64,000 bases of DNA from Octopus sinensis (taxonomy: Eukaryota): NCBI RefSeq assembly GCF_006345805.1, contig NW_021833457.1:10276-74275 (forward strand), written 5' to 3'. The position numbers were made by a program, and so were the translations under genes. The notes beneath the pieces were generated by a model, which had not been told where the DNA came from, ran no database searches, and worked only from the letters and a program-made list of their open reading frames with translations. This document shows, piece after piece, positions 38,736 to 52,199 of the stretch. Position 1 is the first letter of the stretch. The number at the start of each line of letters is the position of its first letter.

Positions 38736-38846
38736 ACAGAAATATTTCCTGTGGTTTCACAGAAGGCACATGCCAGTATAGCAACTTAACTTACTACCCA
38801 GCATGGGAAAGAATAAATTCAAGAAATGATACTAACCTAACAGATG
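38736..38846 (+). CDS. Exon E; N-terminal part of MAM domain 3
   Basis: ttttcattaaAG acceptor, G|GTAAGT donor, 111 nt, phase 1-1. Reads DRNISCGFTEGTCQYSNLTYYPAWERIN, matching the MAM SCxFExxxCxW start. Confidence 0.85.
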
Positions 38847-40185
38847 GTAAGTAATTATTCTTTATTTTATATTGCATGAGCCTTCTTTTATTTCTGATGA
38901 ATGTATATTTATCAGCAGACTTATGTGTTCAGTTAGTTATCTTTGATTTTTGGGCTTGAAATATAAAGAAGTAAACTTGTGGAAAACTGAGTCTAAAGCT
39001 AAGATTCAATTACTTGTTCAAACCTTCCTACATTATTAATATTTTTGCATGGACATAGGTAAATTCTCATTGAAGCCTTGATAAATATTTTGTTTTGTTT
39101 TTTTTTGTTTGGTTTGCACCATTTATCGCTTTGAGGTATTTTGATGTTTATGCTCTTATATAACTTCTATATCATTTTATATCACTTATCAGTTTATCAT
39201 TAAAAGGAAATTGCATCTTTGACTCTTAAAGATCTACATATTTGACAAACAGTTTTAATTTTGTGAAGGATATCAGTTTCACTGATTGCATATATTTGCT
39301 ATACACATGAACATATGCACATACATGCATGCATCATCCGCATCATTGTCATCATAAAACAGACATTTTAAAATGACTTGGATTGGGCAGTTTGACCAGA
39401 ACTGGCAAGCTGGAGAACTACACCAAGTTCCAATGTGATTTTACTTGGTGTCTATGGCTGGATTCCATTCCTAATGCCAACCAAGGAAACAACAACATCA
39501 TGCACACGTAAATACATGCTGTGTACAAAAATGCTGAGAAACACTAAAAGAAAAGACTCTTCACACAACAAACATTTATTTGTTTGTGTTCCTTTTATAT
39601 TGTTCCTATTATTTTTTATTGCTAAAAAAAAAGAAAATCAACAAATGACTTGGATCAGCAGTTATTTGGATTTTTGCAGCAGACCTAATCAATAAGGCAT
39701 CATCATACAAGTGAAAGTATTTTCAGCTGGTTTCTATCACCACCGCTGTGCTATATCCATAATTAAGATACTTAGCTCTCCCAGCTGCAAATAGGTTCCA
39801 TACAAAGAATAGTTAAAGGAGACTATGGTAGACTATTTTGATTAATTATCAGTCATTCAGTTGAGAGTACAGTCCTTTGTATCCTATCATTGATACAACA
39901 TAGTATTCATGACCAATGTACTTAACTCCAAAATGCCTGAGTATTCTTAACTATAAATAGGTACAAAGAATTCAGATTCTTCAAGTGATCTCCTGTCAGT
40001 TGTAGAATATACTCTCACAATCCAAATATCTGTCTGTATGTTGTAATAAAACGTTTCAGAAGGTGAAACTAATAATTATTACCAATTTTCAGAGAAAGTA
40101 TTTTTTACTATTTTAAGATGAATTAAATCACATTCAGTATGTCTATGTTACAAATTGAATAAAATTTTTAATTTTTTTTCTCTAG

Positions 40186-40503
40186 GCTTTTATATGCAAA
40201 CTACACTCTCCTACTATCATGAAAGCACGTTGGCATCTCCAACTGAAAATATCACCAACAGCTGTGTACAAATTAGATATAAGATAATCAACAAAAATTG
40301 CAAGCTGGCCATCTATAATGCCTTTAACAACAACACTATTTTAAGTATGGTGAGTGATGATACAACTCCATGGGGAATAGCTCAAGTGTATATTCAGCAA
40401 GAGATTACAAAACTCGTTTTCCAGGCACAAAGTGTAAGCTATGGAGTGTGTGGAGTTTTACTTGATTATGTCTACATCAGAGAAAATAATTGTCCACAAT
40501 TAG
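40186..40503 (+). CDS. Exon F; C-terminal part of MAM domain 3
   Basis: tttctctAG acceptor, G|GTAAGT donor, 318 nt, phase 1-1. Reads GFYMQTT...STLASP...SCVQIRY...PWGIAQV...GVLLDYVYIRENNCPQL. Confidence 0.85.
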
Positions 40504-41932
40504 GTAAGTTTTTAAATTTACTCTAGTTTTAGAAATTCTGGTTATATCAAACTAAATAGAAATGTTTTGTTTATTAGACTTTCATGTTTGTGTAGTGTGC
40601 ACAGGTCCATTGCTGCTCTGGATAATTTTATAAGATTACATTAGTCAGTCTATATTTGGTAAAACTTTGATCAACCTTCTGTATTCCTTTTTTACCAGGA
40701 ATTTCTAACTTGACATTCAACCAAATTAGTAGGAATTGTGTTGAAAATCTTGTCAAATTGAAAATAAAGTTATGTTGTCGGTGCATAATTAGATTGTTTA
40801 CAAATGTTTGTTTGCTGATAATGTTGTTTTATGAGTTTTTAAGCATTTTACCTATTTTTCAACTATGAAATTGATCACACCTGAACACTACCTTTAACAA
40901 AAGACTAAAGCATTGATTGTTTACAAGTGATCATAAGATCAGTAAGAATTTGAGCAAACATATTCAGAAAATGACTTAGTAACAGTTGAGAATTAAAGAT
41001 ATTAAGTGGGAAATGATAATGATGTGTTTCAAAAGGGCAGGGCATGGTTCTCAGCTGACAGTAACGATGATGAAATACTAAAATCATTAGATTGGCAGTT
41101 TGAAAATTCCAGAAATTATCCTCAATTTTCTATTTATTAATTTCACAGGTCTACAATCGAAAAGTTGTTTCTCATGTAATGGGTGTAATTGATTTTTACC
41201 TGCTGATTTCAAAATTTTCAAAGTTATTCTATCATTTACAGTTTCTACAGAAAATTGATCACTGCATTTTACCATTATGCCTGAACATGACCTTTATCTT
41301 TTATTATTATGATTAATCACCATATCTATAGACACTATAACAGCATAACTTATAGGAGTTTATTTTGGAAAATAAACATCTGGCAATATATAAACTGCTT
41401 CAGCTACACAGAGAAGTGCCTACATCTCTAGCTTCAGTCACCCACAAGCTATGAGGAGAGAAAGATGCACTTTACAATGCCATGTTTTCAGGTTACAATG
41501 TATCTTTTTTTTATTTCAGTTATTTCCTTATGCTTGTTTTCATGTATATATATATTACATACTTATATCAGGTTGCACTTGAGCACTGTTGGTGATATAT
41601 AACCCAATACAACCGATCACATGGTCGGTTCATCGGCAACTAAACTGGCAACCACTGAGTTTGCTTGGTGAAGAGGGTGATTGTTGGACACCCTGTAGGA
41701 CAAAAAGTAAGACTCACCAAAAGGTGGAAGAACCTATGAGTAGTCCATTGCCATTCAACAATATATAGAAGTGTGTTGTTTATTTATGTACATGTGGGTG
41801 TGTGTAGGTATATATATTGTATACTTTTAAACTTCCTTTTATGTTTATATTTTTATATTCTTATTTTAATATTTTTATATTCTATTATATTCCTTTTATA
41901 GTTTTATATTTATATTTATACATATACTAGTT

Positions 41933-42333
41933 GCAGGAGTGGCTGTGTGGTAAGTAGCTTACTTACCAACCACATGGTTCCGGGTTCATTCCCACTTCGT
42001 GGCACCTTGGGCAAGTGTCTTCTACTATAGCCTCGGACTGACCAAAGCCTTGTAAGTGGATTTGGTAGACAGAAACTGAAAGAAGCCCGTCGTATATATG
42101 TATATATGTATGTGTGTGTGTGTGTGTGTGTGTATTTATGTGTTTGTGTTTGTCCCCCAACATTGCTTGACAACTGATAGTGATGTGTTTACGTCCCCGT
42201 AACTTAGTTGTTTGGCAAAAGAGACCAATAGAATAAGTACTAGGCTTACAAAGAATAAGTCGTTGCTCGACTAAAGGCAGTGCTCCAGCATGGCCGCAGT
42301 CAAGTGACTGAAACAAGTAAAAGAGTAAAGAGT
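41933..42333 (+). mobile_element. Composite tRNA-derived SINE, copy 2
   Basis: Aligns along its length with 25078-25488 (reverse complement); ends GACTGAAACAAGTAAAAGAG. Confidence 0.85.
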
Positions 42334-42344
42334 ATATAATTCCT

Positions 42345-45300
42345 TTTATATACCCTTGGGGCATTGAGGGAAGGATAGTACCTCTAGTTGGAGAGGCTAC
42401 TCATGCTTCTTAGGAGTGACTCATTCACCTTGGTACCCACCAGGTACTCAGCTCTCACCTGCGGCTCCATGTAGCTGTCTGCATGTACATTGGACACACT
42501 TTGACTGGTGAGCTAAACCAGCTGAGTGTAGCCTGTGGGTCTCAAACCCTCAGCGAGATATGGGTTGTCTACCCATGCATGTGAAGACTGGTTCTGGCAT
42601 ACTGGGTAGAGGAAACCACCAGTGAGGTCCAACAGAGAGAAAGGCAATACCAGCGGGAGTTGTAGAGTGCCTAGAACATGACAAAACACTATAGAACCCT
42701 GGCCATCCACTGCACCAGGAAGGGTAACCAGCTTTAATACTTTTCTTTGCTCCTGAATCAAGGTTCTTTCTGCTGAGCAAGTGGTATTGGCCTCTATGCA
42801 ATGGATCTCCCACTTAAAACAAATTCATGCACAGGTGTCTGTGCTTTTCAGCCTTCCAACTGTCAACCTTAAGTCCTGTGGCAATGGAAAAGTGGTGAAA
42901 GGGACAGTTGAAGGTGACCACTAGAAATTTTAGTCACAAGCCTGCATGGTTGCTGTTCTTCATATTGGACAGCAAAGAACTTTGGCAGCTTCCCTGGTGG
43001 GTGAGTAGCTTCTTCAGAACAGCACTGCTCATCCTAGGAAGGGAAGGCCTAGAAAAGGTGGCCTAATGAAAACTTGCCCTAAACAGTTCTGGCCAGTTAA
43101 CTGCAGCTGATAGATTTATCCATTTGTGGTCAGTCTAAATTGAGAAAGGAAAACCTAGTTATTGGTACAATATCAACATAGCAGCAATTAGTGAAACTCA
43201 ACAGGCCAGGGAAGGGTCGCTGACAGAATCAGATAGCAGCTACACATTCTTCTGTAAAGGTAAGGCTCTACATGAGGACAAAATACATGGAGTTGGAGTC
43301 TCCTAAAACAGATTCCCTGTCTTCCCACAGGTGCAAATGAAAGGCTTCTGAAACTTTGCCTCCCTGTCAGCAACAAACAATTCATTATCATCATAAGTGT
43401 GTATGCCCCTACAATGATGTGCACATAAGAGATCAGAGAGCAATTCTATGCTGATCTGGATGCTGCTCTATCTGACATGCCTGCTAATGACAAGCTTGTA
43501 ATACTAGGCAACTCAACACCAGAGTCAGCAGAGATGAGGAGCACTGGAGAGGAGTTATAGGGAAGCAGGGAGATGAGAAGATCAATAGCAATGGACTTCT
43601 TTTGCTGAGCAGATACATCGAGCACAACCTGCTGATTACCAACACCAACTTCTGGCAGGCTGATTAAGTATAAGACATCATGGATGTATGCATATTCAAA
43701 ACGGGAAAATTATTGATTACATAATCACCCACCAGCATGACAGCAGTGATATCCTCATCACCAAGGCAATGCATGAAGCAGAGTGCTGGACAGATCATAG
43801 ACTCGTAAGATCCATGCTCAACATCCACATAGTTCCCCAGCACCACAAGCGCCCAAAGCTTATTAGACTGGCCTTCAACACAGACTACTTTCAACCAAAT
43901 ACCAGCAAGAGTTCCAGCCTAAACTTGAAATCAAGTTCAAGGCAATAGGACCACTAACCGGTGAATCAGAGGAAAAGTGGAACCAGTTCAAAGAAGTCAG
44001 TTCAAAGACAGCCAAAATAGTTCTAGGCTCAAAGGAAAAGCTTCTTCAGGACTGTTTTAATGATGATAATAAAGCAATACAGGCACAGTCAGATGATAAG
44101 AGAAAGGTTTACATGATTGCCAGAATCATCCAAACTGACCCACATGGTGTGACTGGCAAACCAGACCCCTGAGGAAGCTTCACAATATGCAAGATTGATG
44201 GTGACAGCTGGAAGCTGAAGAAGTGCAGCTCTGCACTGAAACCAACAACTCCAAGATGCTGTACAGTGCTATCAAACCCATCTACAGCTCCCTGACATCT
44301 GCTGATGGCTCAACAATCATCAACAACAAAGAAGGAATCAGGGCAAGGTGAGAGGAGCACTTGAACCGACACCTAAACTGGCTGTCCACTGTCAACCAGG
44401 AAACATAGCAGCAAATACCTCAGAAGACTCTACACAAAGACCTTGACTTGCTGCTTAGTGTAAATGAGGCCAAGACTGCCATTAAAAAAATGAACTGTGG
44501 CAAGGCTCTGGGAGCAGACAGAATTCCTGCAAAACCGTACAAGGCACTTGGTACCACAGCTTTCAGTGCATTCCATGATATCTTTGCATCCATTTGGGAG
44601 GAAAAGTGTATACTAGCTGACTTCCAAGACACCACCATAGTTACACTGTACAAGAACGAAGGGGCCAAATCAGACTGCAGGAATTGGAGCATTTCCCTGG
44701 TTTCCATTGCTGAAAAAATCCTGACCTGCATCCTCTTCAACAGGCTCCTCACCAACATCTCTGAGAGCAACTTGCCTGAACCCCAGTGTGGCTTCTGCCC
44801 TGGTTGCAGCACCATAGACATGGAGTTTGCTGTGTGTTATGTCAAGGAGAAGTGTATTGAACAACAGATAAATTTGTATTCCATGTTCATAGACCAGACC
44901 AAAGCTTTTGACACAGTCAAGAGAGAAGCTTTGTGAACAATCCTAAGCTGGGCTGCCCACACACGGTCACCATACTGATAAGATTCATGATAATATTACT
45001 AGTCAAGTTCTCTGCAATGATGACTGCACCAACTCTTTCAATATCCCCAATGATGTGAATCAGGGCTGCATACTCACCCCCACATTGTTCAACTTGTTCT
45101 TCACACAGGTCCTACTTTGCACAGTGTAAGACTTAGACCTGGGTGTGTATACATTAGATATTACTCAAGCAGCTCTGCTTTTGACCACCACCAACTCTCT
45201 GCTTCAACCAAGACAGTGAAAAGTCCATTACTGAAGCCCTATTTGCAGATGACTTTGCCCTTATGGCACATAAAGCAAAATCGCCTGCAGACCATTGTTA

Positions 45301-46210
45301 ACAACCTTGCAGAAGGGTCAAGGCTCTTTGGACTGACCATGAGTCTTGAGCAAATAGAGGTTGTAGCCCAAGCAGCTCTGAACACAATTCACCTCCAGCC
45401 AAACATCACCATTGAGAGAGACCAGCTTAAGTGTGTGATGATTTTCAAGTACTTTGGTTGCACAATATCAGTCAATGCATCATAAGACAGTGAAATCTTA
45501 TTCAGAGTCCACAAAACTAGCCAAGTACTTGGAGGATTGAAAGTGAAAGTCCTCCAGCAGAAAGGCATCAGACTGTCTATGAGGTCGACAATTGACCAGG
45601 CTGTAGTCATCTCTATACTATTCTATTGATGCGAAACATGAACCCCATATCACTGGCACATCAAACAGCTGAAACAGTTTCACACAAGGAGACTATGCAG
45701 AATCATGGGCATTCACTGGCAGGACAGAGTGACAAACCAAGAAGTGCTGGACAGAGCTAGTTCAACAAACGTTAAGTCAATGTTGTTGAAGGTTCATTTG
45801 CACTGGACTGGTATGTCATCAGTTATTCCGATGACCACTGTGTACCCAGCCAGCTGTTGTATGGTGACCTCATGCAAACAAGGAAGACCTTAGCTGAGGT
45901 ACAAAGACATTCTGAAAAGCAACCTCAAATGCAGCAGCTTTGGTCCACATGAACTTGAAGCTTCTGCCACAGACAGTTCAACGTGGAGGTATCTCACTTC
46001 AAGAGCAGCAACTGCCTTTGAAGAGGACTTGATGCTGCAAAACAAAAATGTCACAGTTCAGCATCCATCTCAATTCAGTCAACAGATTACACTGTAATAT
46101 CTATGAGTGCCTGTGTGTTTCCAGCTTTGAACTGCGGAATCACATTACTCTCATCACTGAGAACATAGATTTTGTCATTGCCAGACACCAATAGACTACC
46201 AACAAACATA
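42345..46210 (+). mobile_element. Near-full RTE-BovB-like LINE, pseudogenised
   Basis: APE (NSNGLLLL, LITNTNF, IDYII, ECWTDHRLVRS) and RT (GKALGADRIP, LPEPQCGF, DQTKAFDTV, QGCIL.P, LFADD, FKYFGCTI) motifs. Sequence is distinct from the PHD-bearing RTE family. Confidence 0.85.
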
Positions 46211-46299
46211 CATACTATATATATTGTTTTACTGTATCATTAGTTATATTTCATTGCTTCTTTAATGATATGTATGTATTTTGATGGTAAATCAAATAT

Positions 46300-48284
46300 A
46301 TACTGTTAAAAAATATCCCCTTCCCCTTTCCTTACAGGCCTCCATATCATCTGAAGTAAGGATGTCTTATAAATGTGCAAAAAGACTGAATAACTTTAGT
46401 TACAGTTGCAGCAAATTTATGACTAAGCTACACCAGAAAAACATTACCAATGTCATCAAAAAATTTTACTATGCCAACTTTGGTGTGAAATTAAGAGATT
46501 AATACATGAAGTGGCCTGTTTATTTTATGATGAGGAACTAAGTCAATGGACAAATTTACTGAGAAATCCTTTCGTTTTGGGATTCCAATAATATGGATAG
46601 AGCATAAAATCACAGCGATGACTAATACTTTTAATCAAGTAAGGCGCAAGGACACAATCTGATGAGTGGGAAAAACATTGTTTATCCAAGTCTCTCATCT
46701 GCATTGAAGCCTGTTGCCCATGGAGCAGATGTTCCAGTCCCATCACCAGCAGGTAACCTTGAAGACATACGTTTGAGTTCTAAGTCATAAGGCAGAAATA
46801 GCAACGATGATGAAGACTTCAATAATAGTGAAGATGAAGAACCTCAATTATTTAATTAGGGTGAATTAAACAATCTGGTGAGGGACTCAGGGCTTGCAAA
46901 GGAGTCAGCAGAGCTTTTAGGTTCCAGACTGAAATCCAAAAATCTTTTAGCTCCTCATGCATCATTGTATAGGTATCATAACAGCAGAAAAGAATTTGTT
47001 TCTTATTTCAAAAAAAAAAAAAATTGATTTATTGTACAGTTCCATGAGGACAAATAAAAAAGTTTGGCACTAGTTACAACACTGTTTAATGGAGACCCTT
47101 TATTGATTCTTCAAAAAGATATCTTAAAGTTGTTCTACTGCATAACATCCCTGCTGGACACTCAATGACCATGAAGAAAACATGAAAATTTTGATGTCAC
47201 TCTTAAACAAGATTAAATTCAAAGATCACAACTGGATGATTTAGAACAACTTGAAAATAATTTGTATGTTGCTTGGATAATAGTCAGGCTACACAAAGTT
47301 TCTTTGTTCCTTATGTGGATGGGACAATAGTTCCAGGAACCTCCACTGGTTTAAAAAAGATGGCCATGTAGGACTACGCTTAGACCAGGAACAAAGTATG
47401 TCCTCCAAGAAAGTTTGGTTCCAAAAAGGGTTCTTTTGCTCCACTGTATATAAAACTTGATCTCATGAAGCAGTTCATAGAAGTTTTGCCACAAGATGGA
47501 GAGAGCTTCAAATATTTGCATAGCAAGTTTCCTCCCCTATCAGACACCAAGGATGAAAAGGGTGTACTTGTGGGACCAGATATGAGGAAGCTCATCAAGT
47601 ATGAAAATTTGGAAACTCTTTTAGTGATTCTCAAAAAATATGCAAGCATTAGTTTTAAAGATATAGTGAAGAATTTCTAGGGTAATCATAGGGATACAAA
47701 CTACAAAGGTATAGTGGCAAGAATGCTGGCAAAGTTTAAGACATTATGATATAGAATGAGCATTAAAGTTAATTTCCTACATATCCATTTGGATTTCTTT
47801 CTGGAAAATCTGAGGATGTGAGTGAGGAGCAGGGGGAAGGTTTCATCAAGACATAAAGGAGATGGAAAGAAGATATGAGGGCAGATTGAATGGTCATATG
47901 ATGACCAACTATTGTTGGATAGTGAACAAATTCTTATATGCAAAAGAGTTCCTGGCATGATTTCCAAGTGGAAAAGAATAGATTTTGAGGTACTAAACCT
48001 AAAACATGAATGGAACCTTTGTAAAAATCTACTTTTTCACTTTCCAATTGCATTTGTGCCTTTTTATTTGACTAAATAAAGTACCAAATTCATTTTTATT
48101 AGTTTCATTTTGTCTTGCCAGTTGTAGATTTACCTACAAATTATGGTATATTTCATGATTACATTTTGAGAAAATTTTAGGCAATAGGGAAGAGCTGTTT
48201 TGATATTTTGATTTAGCTCCACAAAAATATATAAAGTAACATACCATTATCAAAACAATTTTCAAAAAGTTTCATTTCACAGTC
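46300..48284 (+). mobile_element. Chapaev3-like (CMC superfamily) DNA transposon, degraded
   Basis: MSYKC...SYSC..F...KKFYYANFGVKLRD, PQLFN*GELNNLVRD.GLAKESAELLGSRL, FIDSSKRYLKVVLLH, PLYIKLDLMKQF, QG.GFHQDIK motifs; right end ...TTCACAGT(C). Left TIR not found. Confidence 0.7.
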
Positions 48285-48798
48285 CTGTGTTTTCAGTAAT
48301 TTTTTCTTAAGAAATGTGTTGTTATTGGATATTGAGCTCAAGTACAGACACTAGTTATCTCCCCTTTTTAAATCTGATAGAGTTAAATAATTATCAATTG
48401 TGCACGTGTGTAATTTACACAGGTAATTTTCAGGAAAAAATTTGTTAAAAAAAGCTTCTACTCGTGTAAATATCGTACCCCAAAATTTTCAGAATTTGTC
48501 AATATAACCAGGAGAAGAAGGTTTTCAATTTAGCTGCATTTAGCATAATTTCATTTAGGATTACATTTTATTAAATTTTCCTTAAATAAAAATAATTTCT
48601 GTTTAACAGTTATCACATTGAAAGCTATTAAATTACAAAGTGTTTGTGTTGTTTATAATAAACTTTATTTTACATTTTAGGCAACAGGGAAGAGCTGTTT
48701 TGATATTTTGATTTAGCTCCACAAAAATATATAAAGTAACATACCATTATTAAAACAATTTTCAAAAAGTTTCATTTCACAGTCCTGTGTTTTCAGTA
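48175..48798 (+). repeat. 124-bp direct repeat (48175-48298 and 48675-48798)
   Basis: Two copies with 2 mismatches, offset exactly 500 bp; includes the right end of the Chapaev element. Confidence 0.9.
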
Positions 48799-49135
48799 TG
48801 TTCAATCATTAGCATGCTGCTGTATGTCTTCTCAAATCATGATCACAGGGAAAGTTGTTGATAAGAATTACCAACAACAACAAAGCTGATAAATATGCAC
48901 AGGTGTTGCAAATTAAGTTCAAATGCCAATAAACATCAGTTTGGATGACACTTTACTTAACAGACAGAGGAAGGTGACTGATCAAACTGATTATGTAAAC
49001 AGAATTCTTTTCCACCTATTCTTGTTAGAACCTTTGATACAGAATATCAAAATGTTAATCCCTTTCACATTTACAAAATGTCAAGCGAACTTAAAAATTT
49101 GTCATTACCATTATTGTCAGTATAGGCATGCATAA

Positions 49136-49608
49136 CATTGTGTAACACGGATTTTGTCCTTGGGTAGCAATTGTTATTTCCTATTTGCTTACTCCCAGAA
49201 AGTATGAAAAATAACTAATATTTCCTTCAAACTTTGCTTTTGTTACATTTTTAAAATCCCCAAAGAACCCCTCTCAACACATGGCTGTGATGATCTCCCA
49301 CTACTCCTGCTCAGTGATGCACATATTGTCAACCACTAAGGCACATGCTCAAGTGGTTAAAGACAAGCAACTAACAAGCAAATCTATAGTACTGAGCAGA
49401 ATATTTTTTAGAATATTTCTACTTCAGCAACTCAGCACTGATTGTGTCTAAAATGTAATGGGAAAGTTTCAAAACATCGATGTCCAGGTCATAAAACCAA
49501 AGTCCAAAGGGAATGGTAATCATTTCCTTTGATTTCTAGATAGAAGCAAATAGGAAATAACACTTACTAACCAAAGACAAGAACAAATAAAAATTTTGTT
49601 ACACAGTG
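49136..49608. mobile_element. Non-autonomous TIR element with CACTG-type ends (Chapaev-like MITE)
   Basis: Left CATTGTGTAACA...TTGTCCTTGGGTAGCAATTGTTATTTCCTATTTGCTT; right reverse complement CACTGTGTAACA...TTGTCTTTGGTTAGTAAGTGTTATTTCCTATTTGCTT. TSD not conserved. Confidence 0.7.
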
Positions 49609-50196
49609 TGGTTAATATGAGCACTTAAATATAAAGCTTATAACTTTCATCCAACTCCCAAAATATTTGCGTATTAGAGTGATGAAAGGAGGGGATTAAT
49701 GAAATAAATGATTTAGCAGAATGAAGCCTGGTGCAGTATCAGTAGATGGGATAAAGAAAAGAAGCAACATGTATGTGAGTCAATAGCTGTAGTTTGTTGG
49801 AGAAATAATCTTAGCTAAACAGTCTTTTCATTTAAACCTCTAATTTTTATGAACAAAGCAGCAGCACTTTCAATATGTGAACAATACTTCAAGTGTAGAT
49901 ATCCTTTGGGATTTGTTAAGTCACCAGGTGGTTGAAGACAAAGTGTATTGTGGCTCTGAAGAAGAATTCTTTGTAAAGAAGTTTTAGAAATGTTATACAT
50001 GTGAGGTTATCATGAGAGAGAAGGGGAGAGAGAGAGGTTCATAGGTAATTGAGACAAATGTTTCCTGAATTATTGTTTTGATGCTTAGAAAGCAAAAATT
50101 ATAATCAAGTAAATACATCAACTTGTTTAGATTTTAAGTATTTATATTTAATTACATGTTTTTAAAATGTTCTGTTTTTATTTTCTATTATTTCAG

Positions 50197-50304
50197 ATTG
50201 TCCAGTTGGAACAAGAAAGTGTAAAAATAATTATTGTTATAGTGAATCTAAAGTATGTGACAGAACCAATGATTGTAGTGATGGTAGTGATGAAATGAAT
50301 TGCC
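50197..50304 (+). CDS. Exon G; LDL-receptor class A domain
   Basis: ttatttcAG acceptor, C|GTAAGT donor, 108 nt, phase 1-1. Reads [36 protein letters not shown], with six Cys and the DCxDGSDE calcium-binding motif. Confidence 0.92.
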
Positions 50305-50829
50305 GTAAGTGTTTATTTTGTTCATTATCTTTTTTATGGCCATATTTTTTTAAATAAAAGATTTCTTTATAAACCATTTGATAAACTATCTAGGTTATAT
50401 TTCCTGTTGAGAGCTTTAAAACAACCTATAGTGCTAATTAAACAACACTGGTATTTCTACTTTATAGTCTATTACCAATGAATTCCATAGAGCAGAAAAT
50501 GGTAAACTCCTTGTCAACTGAATCCATAAATTAAGTATCAGCCCCGAGTTTTGCAATTTCCCTTTCATTATATAATTAATGAGATTAATGTATTGCACAA
50601 ATGGTAAACTCTTGAGAAAACCTAGTCTACAACCTAGGCTTGATTCTTGGTCACATATTCCATTAAATTCATTTTTATTTTATTTTTTTATACATTATTA
50701 GTTTGGTGGAAAGAATTGAGACCATGACCATCACAAGACCTCTGAGACCACTGATATCGATGTAGTTAACATTCCTTTAAATATTTGTAATTTGATGATG
50801 GCAAAAAAGACAAGTGCAGGGTGAGAATT

Positions 50830-51880
50830 CTAGAATACCATTCTGAAGAAGAAATGGGAATAATGCTTAATGTTGGGTTTAGTTGGTGGTAGGAGTGGAG
50901 TTACAATAAAGGCAGTGAGAAAGAGAAAGATAGGAAAGTCAGGAATGGCTGAGGAAAGATGATATGAGACAAGCCAGCAGCACCACCAAACAGCAGAGGA
51001 CACAGTAAAATTAGTATAAAAAATAATACTGAAAGAGAACAGCATGTTTGCAAGCCAGAGTGTGTTGGGAAATGACTTCATAAGACTCTGTGGAGTAGCC
51101 TTTACTTCCTGGATGTGGTCTAGGATGTCTGTGGATATGCAGCAGTGCTATCCTAGATAAGAAAGCAGTTCTCTGTTTTGGGGTTTTATTAATAATTAAT
51201 TAGCTGCTGGGTGTTCAAGTATTTTCTTACTCTTGAAAGGAAGACCAGGCATTGTGATGCAGTTTTGACTATTAAGAGATTCTCAGTGAGACTTAGGCCT
51301 GCTATTTTCAGTAACTCTGTGATGTCTAGCTGCATACTATTCATGTTTAAGAGGAGTGTGTGAAGATAATGTTTTCCTTCTTGATATATGTAGTGGTTTT
51401 CATTGTAGCATTAAAGTACACAACATTGACATGACTATATTGGAGGATATTTTTGAAGTTAGTGTAAACTTAGAATGAAGTATCAAGGTTGCATCTACAT
51501 GACATAGGTGTAGAATGTTGAGGAGTAATAAAGGGTATTATCATCTATATAAGAATGGGTGTTGCTGATAGTGAAATCACAGAGGTTGTCACTGTAGAGG
51601 AAGAAAAGTGTGGATGACATATCAGAAATTATAGAGCGGGAGTTAAGAGTGCTATGATATTAATACCTGCCATAGTACTGTGATCTGGCATGAAGACACT
51701 GATTCATAAGAAGAGAGTTGTGTACAGCCTATATGTAAGGAATTTTACCAGATTTGCATACTAAATGCAGTTGAATAACTTGCTCATGCTGAGAGTAACA
51801 ATGACGTTTCATAAAATTTCTCAAAGGCATGTGCTCTCTAGTGTGGAAAATATATAACAGATCTCCAATAGAGCTGATAG
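50830..51880 (-). mobile_element. Probable CR1/L2-clade LINE remnant
   Basis: Weak minus-strand RT C-terminal similarity (IPYI*AVQLSS, resembling PHLEYAVQL); highly degraded. Confidence 0.35.
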
Positions 51881-51912
51881 TATAAAAACTAAACTGTTAT
51901 TCACAAAGGTGA

Positions 51913-51959
<47 letters not shown>

Positions 51960-52199
51960 AAACAGATTGTTGTAAATAGTTTGACCATCACTTTGAAATG
52001 CTGGAAGAGAGTGCCATAGTACAGTAGTTGGCAGGGTCAGAGGGACTGCCATGTTTTTAATTATGAGTTATTGCTGGGAGTGGGAAAAGAGAGGAGAGAG
52101 AGAAAGAGATGAAAAAGTTTAATGAGTATAAGAAACATTCTTAAGACTTATGGCCTTGCAGATATGAATTAACAGGAAATACTTTCACACTAAGCATAT

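Noticed and set aside
41149-41182. Extra small exon (GLQSKSCFSCNG) after a good acceptor
   Set aside because: The only nearby GT gives phase 2, incompatible with the phase-1 LDLa exon, and read-through hits TGA.
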